IMG/VR virus record: IMGVR_UViG_3300025129_000011
Direction: 5' to 3' (one strand)
Origin: an uncultured virus (IMG/VR IMGVR_UViG_3300025129_000011)
Lineage: Duplodnaviria > Heunggongvirae > Uroviricota > Caudoviricetes
Length of the DNA stretch: 20,000 bases
Numbering within the stretch: the first letter of the stretch is position 1; the number at the start of each line of letters is the position of its first letter. The notes beneath the pieces were generated by a model, which searched no databases, was not told where the DNA came from, and saw only the letters and a list, made by a program, of their open reading frames with translations. The position numbers and the translations under genes were made by a program. Of the stretch, positions 9,535 through 18,582 are shown piece by piece.

Positions 9535-10226
9535 TGGAAATAATTAAAAGAAAAATATTATTTAGTGAATTGCAAGATAAGATTTATCTTAAAATTCCAT
9601 TATATCAAAATATTGATAATATGGGGTTAAGAACTGATATGCCTTATGGTAGTAATGTAATCACTGAATCAGTTAGTAATTATTTTAAACAAGGTGGTAT
9701 TATTATTAGTGCTTCAGATTCTAAATTATCTCAATTAAAATCTTATGATGAAACTGAACAATATAAAATTGATTTTAATATTAAAAGAGAAAATTATGTA
9801 AATTATCAAGGTAACCCGATTATAGGTGTTGATAGAGTGACAAATATTGATGGTGAAACCATTACATATGTTTTTGATACAGTTAGAGATTCTTTTATTG
9901 GTACCACAGGACAAACAACAGGGATTTTATATCAAGATAACCCAATTAATGGAGTGGATATCCCAGAAGAATTAGATGGTGATATAACAAAAACACGAGT
10001 ACAATATCAAAGCGAAGGTTGGAATGAAACCAACACTTCAATAGAGGCTCAAATTCAAGAAGAATATTTATTAGGCATTATTAGTGCACCAGAAGTTGAA
10101 AGTGATGTATTTATAGATAGAAGCACATTTAGTGTGTTGGATAAACATTTAAGATTATCTGAAGTAGAAAGTCTAGACCATTTATCTAGATACGGTAACG
10201 GATTTTATAATATTAATAGAGATTAA
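9534..10226 (+). CDS. Hypothetical protein, probably structural
   Basis: 230 aa, acidic, translationally coupled to the upstream gene (TAATG). Confidence 0.6.
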   Translation: MEIIKRKILFSELQDKIYLKIPLYQNIDNMGLRTDMPYGSNVITESVSNYFKQGGIIISASDSKLSQLKSYDETEQYKIDFNIKRENYVNYQGNPIIGVDRVTNIDGETITYVFDTVRDSFIGTTGQTTGILYQDNPINGVDIPEELDGDITKTRVQYQSEGWNETNTSIEAQIQEEYLLGIISAPEVESDVFIDRSTFSVLDKHLRLSEVESLDHLSRYGNGFYNINRD

Positions 10227-10229
10227 AAA

Positions 10230-11187
10230 ATGGTAAATCAATATACAATGAAAAAATATAATAATAATGAAATAAATGAAATTATTTTATTATATGATGG
10301 TGGTATGTCATTCACAATGATTGGTAAAAAATTAAATAGGCAAAAAAACACAATAAAAAAAATATTAATTGAAAATGGTGTTTGGGTTGATGGTAGAGAC
10401 ATTAATTTAAAGAAGTTTAATAGTATCGAGATAGAAAAAGTGATTTCTTTATATAACCAAGGGTTATCGGCAACTAAAATAAGTAAAATCTATGATATTA
10501 GTAGACCAAAAATAGTTAGGTTGTTAAAAGATAATGGGATTAACGTTAAGAGTTTTAGTGATGGTAAAAAAATAAATTTATGTGAAGATAAAAAACGTGA
10601 CATAAAGGATTTATATTTAAATGAAGGTAAAAATACTTACGAAATAGCAGAAATGGTGCAATTAACTCAAGGTTTTATTTCTAAACACATATTTGATAAT
10701 GGTTACATAAGAAATAAAAGCCAAGCAATTTCTATAGCACGAAAAGGTAAGAAAGCTTCTGTAGAAGCTAAGAGAAATATGAAAATAGCACAAATGAAAT
10801 TAGCTAGAAGTGGAAAAAGAAAACAAACGGGTGGTTATTGTAAATTTCACAAAGTTCACGGTTTAAGATACCAAGGTACTTATGAAAAAAAAATATATAG
10901 AATACCTTAAAAATAAAAATAATAAGTTACCTAATAACACAAATTCGATAAATACTCCACATGGGGTTTATTATCCAGATTTTGAATATGATGATAAATT
11001 TATAGAAATAAAATCTTCATATACTTATGATGTGTTGTTAGGTAAAATACCGAGTAGGTTTAATGGTAAATATGATTTTAAGCAAATCAAAAAAATTAAA
11101 TGGGTTAATGAAAATGTTAAACCAGTTGATGTTATTATAGTTAGTCGAAATGGTAATAAATTAATTAAAAAAGATATAAAAAAATGA
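10230..11187 (+). pseudogene. Frameshifted HTH-repeat / NUMOD3-like / PD-(D/E)XK putative homing endonuclease (ORFs 10230-10910 and 10882-11187)
   Basis: The 5' ORF has three HTH-like repeats, 'ARKGKKASVEAKRNMKIA' and 'YQGTYEKK'. The 3' ORF has 'YYPDFEYDDKFIEIKS' (PD...EIK). Removing one A from the A9 run at 10885-10893 gives a continuous 318-aa protein reading YQGTYEKKYIEYLK. Confidence 0.75.
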
Positions 11188-12098
11188 GCGGAAATTACGG
11201 GACAGTTAGACCAGCCGATGTATCATTAGATGATATTGAAGTTTTCTTGCATTACACCCCATCTAGAAATCAAATAGGTGACACTACATTAACGAAATTA
11301 AACACGAATGATGTTTTATCACAAATGAATAACCCAAATAATACAGGTTCTGTAGAAATTTTTGGTGGAATGTATACATTAACTTTATCTAAAACAGTTT
11401 TTAGTGAAAAGGGTATATATACCATCTCAATCAAGCCAATTGAGATTAGAACTACTATTTTAGATTGTGGTGTATTAGCCGCTAAGTCAGATGTTAAAGG
11501 GTTGATATTTGATACGGCATCAGCTAATTTAAGTGGTCAGTTCTCATCAAGATTTAGAAATAACGGTTTAGTTGGGTATAGAGTGGAATATTTAAGCAAT
11601 GATAACGCTGATGGTGATGTTAAAGTTAGGAATTTCTTTAGAATAATCACATCAAATAACAGGGTGGATGTAGTTAACCAAAATTTAACCAATACAAATC
11701 AAAAAGCTGTGAGATATAATTTTAATGATAATTCTACTTTAGTTTTTTGTACAGTAACCCCAAGTTCAAGTTCTAGTGTAAAACCTAATGTATTGCCATT
11801 TATAGGTGAGCCTAATCAAGATGTAATTATAACTAATACTTTTTTTAACCCAATTCAAATTGAGATTGAAATGGTTGAGCATGATATAGAAACAATAGCA
11901 TATGGTATATATGGACCACAAAGCAAGTCAATGGAAGATGGTGTTTTCACGAATTATACATTTGATAAACAAATTTATAAACAATATAATTTATTTGAAA
12001 TTAAAGACCAATTTACTGGTGAGCCTTTATTTGAAATAAGAGAACCTAAAACAAATATTGATTTTAGCAAAGATTTTGATAATATCAGTAATGTGTAA
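11184..12098 (+). CDS. Hypothetical protein, probably baseplate structural component
   Basis: 304 aa; ATGA overlap with the upstream endonuclease fragment; no family recognised. Confidence 0.6.
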   Translation: MSGNYGTVRPADVSLDDIEVFLHYTPSRNQIGDTTLTKLNTNDVLSQMNNPNNTGSVEIFGGMYTLTLSKTVFSEKGIYTISIKPIEIRTTILDCGVLAAKSDVKGLIFDTASANLSGQFSSRFRNNGLVGYRVEYLSNDNADGDVKVRNFFRIITSNNRVDVVNQNLTNTNQKAVRYNFNDNSTLVFCTVTPSSSSSVKPNVLPFIGEPNQDVIITNTFFNPIQIEIEMVEHDIETIAYGIYGPQSKSMEDGVFTNYTFDKQIYKQYNLFEIKDQFTGEPLFEIREPKTNIDFSKDFDNISNV

Positions 12099-12141
12099 TT
12101 ATAAATTAACTGAATAAAATAGTAATGTTAAATGAAATTAT

Positions 12142-15075
12142 ATGAGTCGTATTAAAGTAGTAGGTTATGCTAAAAAAGAAGTTTTTGGCAATGGAATAGA
12201 GTATAGAAATTTCTCACCAGATTTAGTTGGAAATCAATTTGGTGCAGCTGAAGGTACCCCTATTTTTACTTCTGGAAGTTTTAATATATCAACAAATATT
12301 GATAGTAAGGTTGATAAAAACTTTGTTACTAATAATTTCACTAATTTTTTATCTTTAGAAACATTAAATTTAGACTCAACACTAGAAAGTGTTATTACTA
12401 AATACTCTAAAAACGCAAAACTTAATTTAGATTATAATGACGCTTTAACATTTGCGTTTTTTGGGTCATTAAGAGAATATATTAGAGTTTCTTTAGAAAA
12501 TATAATAATAAAATGGCCAGCATCGTTATACATTAGAGAAGTTGATGAAACTGACCCTTCATTAACAGGTAACACTGTAACTGATTATATATATAACCCA
12601 TCATCAAATTCAAGTACGTTTAATATTGATACAGCTAGAATAGAAAATAAATTCAGTATAAATTTTCTAAGTGGTGGTACAATCGAAAATACATTTAATG
12701 AGAGTAATACGTTAAGAAATTTAGTTTTAAATTATAGTAGTTATGTAATTTCAACGTCAGGTGGAACATACCCGATAATAAGTTTATCTGGAGCTTCAGC
12801 TTTAACAAACTCAATTATTTCAGTGGCAGTAAATGGGAATCCATTCCCTGATTCTGGAACTACCATAATAAATTACCATATAAAACCTAACGACACTAGA
12901 ATTGAAGAATTTTTCTTCAATATAAATGAGTTTGAGAATAATTTACTAAACCGTTTAACGATTCCATTATACACTAGTAGTTTTAAAGTTTACAATGAAA
13001 GTCAAACTGGTGATATTATTGAAACTATTAAAAAATTAACATGGCCAATATCAGATGGGTATAATATTGATTTTAATTCGATATCGTATGTTAATTTTGT
13101 AAATCAATTATTAAATATAGCGGACATCAACGATAATTCAAAATCTAATTTAATGGTTAGATTCTTGGTATCTACATCTATTTCAGAATTCGATAGTATT
13201 GCTGATATTAATGGCACATACCCAGATTCAAATGGCCAAAAAATGACCAGTACTCTTAAAATTTATGGTAGAGAATTTGATGAGATTAAAAAATATTCGG
13301 ATGGTATTAGATTTGCTAATACGGTTACTTATGATAAGAAAAATAACACACCTGATGCAGTGCTTAAAAACCTCGCAAGAATATTAGGTTGGGAATTAAC
13401 TTCTTCTATATCACAAGTTGACGTGTTAGGTAATTTTTTATCATTAAATAATAGTTATTATGATGGTCATTCTAGAGGTTATAGCGATGCTGAATCTGAA
13501 ATTGAATTATGGAGAAGAGTTGTTCTAAATACACCTTGGCTTTGGAAATCTAAAGGTACTAGGAAGGCGATTGAATTCTTATTTAAATTCATAGGTGCTC
13601 CAGATGGTTTAGTGGCCTTTAATGAGTACCTATACGTTGCTGATAAACCAGTAAATGTTGAGTTGGTAACTGAAATGATGAACCATTTCAATAATACCAC
13701 TGATATTTCAACAATACACATCGATTCTGAAGGGTATCCAAAAGTATTTCCTGATACACCAGACATGTATTTCCAAAAAGCTGGTTTATGGTATAGACAA
13801 ACAGGTGGCCCTGCGCCAGATATAGATATTTTAGCTGGAAATAACCCACATATCGGGCCTTATGATGGTGGCCAAGCATATATAGACCAATTTAGAGGTT
13901 GTTTAGTACCTAATTATAGTGCTACTACCGCTGAAGAAGTAAATATTGATGCTGAAATCAATTTATTTACTAATTATGCAAATGGAACATTCGATGAATG
14001 CTGTGATGCTGATGTTTTAGTGGTACTTGACACTGACCATGATTTTGATTCAATATTAACAACAAACTTAAATCAAATATATGATAATAATCCAGTTAAT
14101 GAAACTGGGTGTACTATAACAAATATTTGGACCTTAACAGCGTCATTAACTGGTGAAACATTCCATACTTATATATTCCCTGTGACTGGTTCTACTGCAA
14201 TAACGCAAGGTGAATATGTTACTGGATTGTTTTCTATAGCTGAATCACCTTTAAGTGCATCAACATTAAGTGGTGCTACATATACTAGTGGTGATACAAC
14301 ATTTACAATTACAGGTCCAAACGGTTGTGATAGTGAATTATTAAACACCTATTTTAAAATCCAATTATGTCTTGATTCAACTTATGATTGTATTGATTTA
14401 ACCCCATTAAGTGCTTTAACGGCATTTAATGTTAGTTTGCAAACAGATGACGCATGTAATCCAGTGGCTGCTTTACCTTTAATAAGGACTTATTATCATA
14501 ATGGTAGCGGTATATTACCAACATTTGGTGATACAGTATATTCAGATATAAATGGAATAAACACTGTAAGTCATTCAGCTGCAACTCAAGTTTATATGGG
14601 TGGTAATTATACTAGCGTAGCTAATTGGTTACAAACAAACACTAGTGGTGTCAGAGAAGTAATAATTTGCCCAGTAATTACTTGTGATGTAGACGTTAAG
14701 ATACTTACTAATATAAATACTGGGGTTAAATCATTCACTATTGATGGCCTTACCGCCACAACTTACGCTACAATTACGTTTAATTTAAGTAATGTGGTTA
14801 AAAGTCCAGAAACAAAGTTAAGAATAGCAATATCTAATTCATCTTACATTTTTACTTTAAATCCAACAAATACGGTGCATACATTAACTAATATTCCATT
14901 AACCCCTAATTCAGAGTATAATGGCGTTTACGATTTCTTTATAACACCAGTAATAACAGCAACTGGAGCTGCAAGTGGTAAGGTAACCATGCATTTAGAT
15001 TCATTGAATTCAGGTTCTCAATGTGTTGGTGTTACATCTAAATCAATAGATTTAAGTATTAATAATTTACAATAA
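12142..15075 (+). CDS. Baseplate wedge protein with P2 gpI / T4 gp7-like core and Thr/Cys-rich C-terminal extension
   Basis: 977 aa. 'PDAVLKNLARILGWEL...ELWRRVVLNTPWLWKSKGTRKAIEFLFKFIG' (about 13351-13596) matches the gpI-like 'L..LA...G...KGT..AI' signature. About the last 390 aa are Thr/Ser/Cys-rich and beta-like. Confidence 0.7.
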   Translation: MSRIKVVGYAKKEVFGNGIEYRNFSPDLVGNQFGAAEGTPIFTSGSFNISTNIDSKVDKNFVTNNFTNFLSLETLNLDSTLESVITKYSKNAKLNLDYNDALTFAFFGSLREYIRVSLENIIIKWPASLYIREVDETDPSLTGNTVTDYIYNPSSNSSTFNIDTARIENKFSINFLSGGTIENTFNESNTLRNLVLNYSSYVISTSGGTYPIISLSGASALTNSIISVAVNGNPFPDSGTTIINYHIKPNDTRIEEFFFNINEFENNLLNRLTIPLYTSSFKVYNESQTGDIIETIKKLTWPISDGYNIDFNSISYVNFVNQLLNIADINDNSKSNLMVRFLVSTSISEFDSIADINGTYPDSNGQKMTSTLKIYGREFDEIKKYSDGIRFANTVTYDKKNNTPDAVLKNLARILGWELTSSISQVDVLGNFLSLNNSYYDGHSRGYSDAESEIELWRRVVLNTPWLWKSKGTRKAIEFLFKFIGAPDGLVAFNEYLYVADKPVNVELVTEMMNHFNNTTDISTIHIDSEGYPKVFPDTPDMYFQKAGLWYRQTGGPAPDIDILAGNNPHIGPYDGGQAYIDQFRGCLVPNYSATTAEEVNIDAEINLFTNYANGTFDECCDADVLVVLDTDHDFDSILTTNLNQIYDNNPVNETGCTITNIWTLTASLTGETFHTYIFPVTGSTAITQGEYVTGLFSIAESPLSASTLSGATYTSGDTTFTITGPNGCDSELLNTYFKIQLCLDSTYDCIDLTPLSALTAFNVSLQTDDACNPVAALPLIRTYYHNGSGILPTFGDTVYSDINGINTVSHSAATQVYMGGNYTSVANWLQTNTSGVREVIICPVITCDVDVKILTNINTGVKSFTIDGLTATTYATITFNLSNVVKSPETKLRIAISNSSYIFTLNPTNTVHTLTNIPLTPNSEYNGVYDFFITPVITATGAASGKVTMHLDSLNSGSQCVGVTSKSIDLSINNLQ

Positions 15076-16166
15076 TGAGTATAACAGGGAGAACAAATAC
15101 ATGTCAAATTTTAACTAACACACCATTTGTGTTATCAGGGTTATCACAAACCAATCTATCAACTATTAATATAACTGATGTAAATGGTTTAGATGTTTCT
15201 CAATGCTTTGGTATTACATCAAAAATAGTTACTGTATCAGGCACTAATGTTATTTTAAGCGGTGATTGTAATACTAGTTTAGAAATTAATATAACAGAAG
15301 GTGTTACGAATCCAGTTGAATGTTTGTATACTGCTGTTACACAACAACAAAATGGTATACTTTTATTTAATTTTGTTGATGGGACAATTTCAGATAATAT
15401 TCACCCAGAATGTTGTACAGCGTTAGAAGGTTTCCCTGAAATAGGACCTAAAAATTATTATATTTGTAGAACAGTACCAGAAATATGTATTGAATGCTGT
15501 TCAGCTTACACACCAACAAATACATTTGAGGGTCTATACCAAATATTTGATTTTGTAACTGGTGGTACCGTAACTACAGTTCCTAGTGCGCAATGTTGTT
15601 ATGATTATGGATTTGTTGAAAGTATCGTAGGTGACCAAATTAAATGTATTGAATATGTGACGCCTGACCCATGTGAAGGATTAATAATTGTTGAGCCAGT
15701 ACCACAGTATGGTGACATTACTTTCGTAAATCCATCAACTAACGTTCAAACTACTTTGGTACCAACAGCTGAATGTTGTACTTCATTAGGTTATAGTTAT
15801 GCTATTAGTGGAACTAAATTTACATGTTTCAATTCAATAGCTTCACCACCAACGGTAATTATAACAAACGACTCATGTTGTTTACAGACTCAAATAACTT
15901 ATTATTATGCTTTCGCTAGAGAATGCACCGATAGTGCTAGAGTAAGTGATGGTGTATTAGGTGATGTGGTAGTTAGAACTACAACAAATATAACAAATTG
16001 GAGTCATATTTTAATTCCTAGATATTTTGGAGATACAGGAGCTGTTTTTGAATTTTATGCGGGATTAACAACTAAAGATAATTATGATAATAATGCTGGG
16101 GATTACCCATCTATTGATTTGGATACAATAACAGGCGTTGAAGAAAGAACCTCATGTTCTAATTAA
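15075..16166 (+). CDS. Cysteine-rich repeat protein, putative virion appendage
   Basis: 363 aa with 21 Cys counted and three C...CC...G(F/Y)...C modules; TAATG-coupled to the upstream gene. Confidence 0.65.
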   Translation: MSITGRTNTCQILTNTPFVLSGLSQTNLSTINITDVNGLDVSQCFGITSKIVTVSGTNVILSGDCNTSLEINITEGVTNPVECLYTAVTQQQNGILLFNFVDGTISDNIHPECCTALEGFPEIGPKNYYICRTVPEICIECCSAYTPTNTFEGLYQIFDFVTGGTVTTVPSAQCCYDYGFVESIVGDQIKCIEYVTPDPCEGLIIVEPVPQYGDITFVNPSTNVQTTLVPTAECCTSLGYSYAISGTKFTCFNSIASPPTVIITNDSCCLQTQITYYYAFARECTDSARVSDGVLGDVVVRTTTNITNWSHILIPRYFGDTGAVFEFYAGLTTKDNYDNNAGDYPSIDLDTITGVEERTSCSN

Positions 16167-16179
16167 ATAATATAAAAAT

Positions 16180-16815
16180 ATGTGTGTAATAAATATATCA
16201 TTAAACCCAACTACACCAGCTGGTACAACGATAACTAACAGAAATGGTAGGTATAGGAAAGTTGGTACGACAACATGGACTAATTTTACCATATCATCAA
16301 ACTCTTATACACTTAATGTAAATGATTTAGGTCAATATGAATTACAAGTTAATGTAACTAACAGTCTAGGTGTTGTTAGCTCTTGGGCTTCAAGCACATT
16401 TTCGGTAACAACTGATTGTGGTGCAACAACTACTACTGCCACTACGGTCACTAATTCTGGTATTTTTAATAATGGAACAACACTTACACATAGTCATGTT
16501 TTACCATCAGCAGACCCAGCTTCTACAATAAAAACTGGTACTTTAACGGTAACAGGTAGTAAAACATATAAAATTACTGTCAAAAATAATTTTAATTATA
16601 ATAATCTAGGTACAGGTAGTTTAAAATTAGAAAGAAATGGTGGCACTATTTTAGGTACAATAACAGTATCTACAGATGGTACTTCTAATACAAAAACATC
16701 AGTTAGTAGTTTAGTGGTGCCAGCTGGAACTTATACTTATACATTAACTTCTTGGTTAGATATCATACCATCAGCCACATCTGGTGCAGTAACAGTTAAT
16801 ATTATAGAAGCATAA
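16180..16815 (+). CDS. Fibronectin type III / Ig-like domain protein, putative virion accessory
   Basis: 211 aa, Thr-rich. 'RYRKVGTTTWT...YELQVNV...SSWASSTF' resembles Fn3 domains; a TTTTATT linker leads to a second beta-rich domain. Confidence 0.6.
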   Translation: MCVINISLNPTTPAGTTITNRNGRYRKVGTTTWTNFTISSNSYTLNVNDLGQYELQVNVTNSLGVVSSWASSTFSVTTDCGATTTTATTVTNSGIFNNGTTLTHSHVLPSADPASTIKTGTLTVTGSKTYKITVKNNFNYNNLGTGSLKLERNGGTILGTITVSTDGTSNTKTSVSSLVVPAGTYTYTLTSWLDIIPSATSGAVTVNIIEA

Positions 16816-16827
16816 AAAGAAATATAG

Positions 16828-16835
16828 ATATTTAT
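16828..16835 (+). promoter_or_regulatory. Candidate late promoter motif ATATTTAT
   Basis: 12 nt before the ATG at 16848, in a 32-nt gap. Confidence 0.55.
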
Positions 16836-16847
16836 TAAAAAAGCATA

Positions 16848-18518
16848 ATGGAAGTAACAAACTGTACAGATATTAACGGAGTCGCATTAAATGAAGTTCA
16901 ATTTAATGTAGATGGTACTGTTGTTGGGATAATTGATAACAATGGGGTTCCAGCAACAAGTAAACTTAGTTATGATTGCTGTATAGCTCAAGGATATACA
17001 TTTGACCCAAATGATGCAAAATGTTATTGGGCACCTAGTTGTTTGAGTGGTGGTACATTTAATATAGTATTAGACCCAGAAGGTAATACAGGTGCGTTAT
17101 TCCAAGTTGATGATATTGAACAAACATTATGTCATTTAGAAATTAGTTTTAAGTTTTTATTGAAAATTGATTGCGAAAGTATACCAGTAGATGGTTTACG
17201 AGACCTATTAGAAACACTTAAATTAACGGTTAATCTTGATAAAGTTATTTATAATGAAGCTTTACCTATACCTAATAATTTGCAAAATGTATCATCACAA
17301 GATTTATTCAATATAACAGATATTTTCAATTTTTTAAGCGGAAACACAAACACAGGTATATTATTAAATGGTAATTGTGATTATGTAATTACAAATTTTT
17401 TAAATTCATTATCACCAAATCAAAGCGTTGTAAATGAATTCTCACTTAATTCAGATTGGTTAGAATTTAAGATGGTGGTTGATAATCCACCTATATTACA
17501 ATCAATTTTTAATGAAAGACTTAAGGTTTCAATAACAGGTAATCAATTAAAGAATTTTTCCATATTACTTGATGATGTGCAATTAAATAGAGTATGTGAT
17601 GTACCAACACCACCTAAAGCATTTAATGAAGCATGCCCTCAATTTGAATTAAAACGAATTATTGATAATAAAAAATCTTGGGTTAAAAATACTGAATTAG
17701 AATTAAGGCAATTTGATTTAGAAAGAAGAATAACTACCTACAATATAAACCATGAAAACCTATCAATCAACACAAAGGAAGTTGATTTAGCAATTAACCC
17801 AGCACAAGCAATTGAAAATGATGTGGTTAATACAGTGGTTAATAACGATTGTATATTAGGGCCGCTTACTGGAGTTACTGGTGCAACAAGTCATGAATAT
17901 ATTGATTTAAGACCTTTAATTACAACTGAAGTTATTAATAATGACGATTTAATTTCGATGCTAATTGACGTTAAAAATAGGAAAACTATTAATGGTTATC
18001 CAACATTAGATTTAGTTTATTATAGATACCTAAATGCTGATGTACGTTGTAGTGGTTCTACCAGCAATACACTAAATTCAGATTCAATAAATCAATTCAT
18101 TGAGTTAATTGGTACATATTGGTTAGATTTATTAGAACAAATAGTTCCAGCAACAACAATTTGGGGTTCATCATTAACCAATAGTGATTCTGGTGTATTT
18201 AATGGTGGTGGAAGTGGAACCAATAAATTTGTTTATAGAAAAGGCACAACATTATTTTGTAATGCAATAAATTATTCAGTACCTAGCCCAGTTTCAGGTG
18301 GAACAGTTTATTATGATGTAGTGACAGAAGATATAACAGATACTACAACTATCACTACAACTACTTGTAATTTAATAGCCGTTAGACAGTTGAATTATGG
18401 TTCAGAATTTATAGGCACCGTTAATATAATAGGCGATGGTGAAGGTCCTGTTACAGGTGATACAATTTCAATAACTGAAACAATTGAAGATTCTTGTAAT
18501 TTATACGAAACTTGTTAG
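16848..18518 (+). CDS. Putative baseplate/virion protein with N-terminal Cys module and gpI-like C-terminal motif
   Basis: 556 aa. N-terminal 'C...DCCIAQGYTFDPNDAKC'; late 'YWLDLLEQIVPATTIW'; ends in Cys. Confidence 0.55.
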   Translation: MEVTNCTDINGVALNEVQFNVDGTVVGIIDNNGVPATSKLSYDCCIAQGYTFDPNDAKCYWAPSCLSGGTFNIVLDPEGNTGALFQVDDIEQTLCHLEISFKFLLKIDCESIPVDGLRDLLETLKLTVNLDKVIYNEALPIPNNLQNVSSQDLFNITDIFNFLSGNTNTGILLNGNCDYVITNFLNSLSPNQSVVNEFSLNSDWLEFKMVVDNPPILQSIFNERLKVSITGNQLKNFSILLDDVQLNRVCDVPTPPKAFNEACPQFELKRIIDNKKSWVKNTELELRQFDLERRITTYNINHENLSINTKEVDLAINPAQAIENDVVNTVVNNDCILGPLTGVTGATSHEYIDLRPLITTEVINNDDLISMLIDVKNRKTINGYPTLDLVYYRYLNADVRCSGSTSNTLNSDSINQFIELIGTYWLDLLEQIVPATTIWGSSLTNSDSGVFNGGGSGTNKFVYRKGTTLFCNAINYSVPSPVSGGTVYYDVVTEDITDTTTITTTTCNLIAVRQLNYGSEFIGTVNIIGDGEGPVTGDTISITETIEDSCNLYETC

Positions 18519-18582
18519 AGTTTAAAGCTAAGTAATTTCAAACCTTTCTTATCAATTTTCAAGTATTTTAATCTAAATTTTT

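Noticed and set aside
755..13879. Short antisense or nested ORFs in the track (755-1045, 1133-1645, 2376-2750, 3027-3275, 4818-5009, 4912-5127, 5431-5625, 6742-6927, 13479-13766, 13688-13879)
   Set aside because: They lie wholly or mostly within long, well-supported + strand genes and have no recognisable motifs; they look like shadow ORFs.
552..18518. Contractile injection system (eCIS, tailocin or T6SS) in a bacterial chromosome rather than a phage
   Set aside because: Multiple free-standing endonucleases, a T4 gp6-sized wedge gene and no host genes favour a large phage, though capsid genes are not in the window to confirm it.
18519..18550. Possible intrinsic terminator after ORF 16848
   Set aside because: Only a weak, mismatched AT-rich stem (GTTTAAA...TTTCAAAC) is present, with no convincing hairpin.
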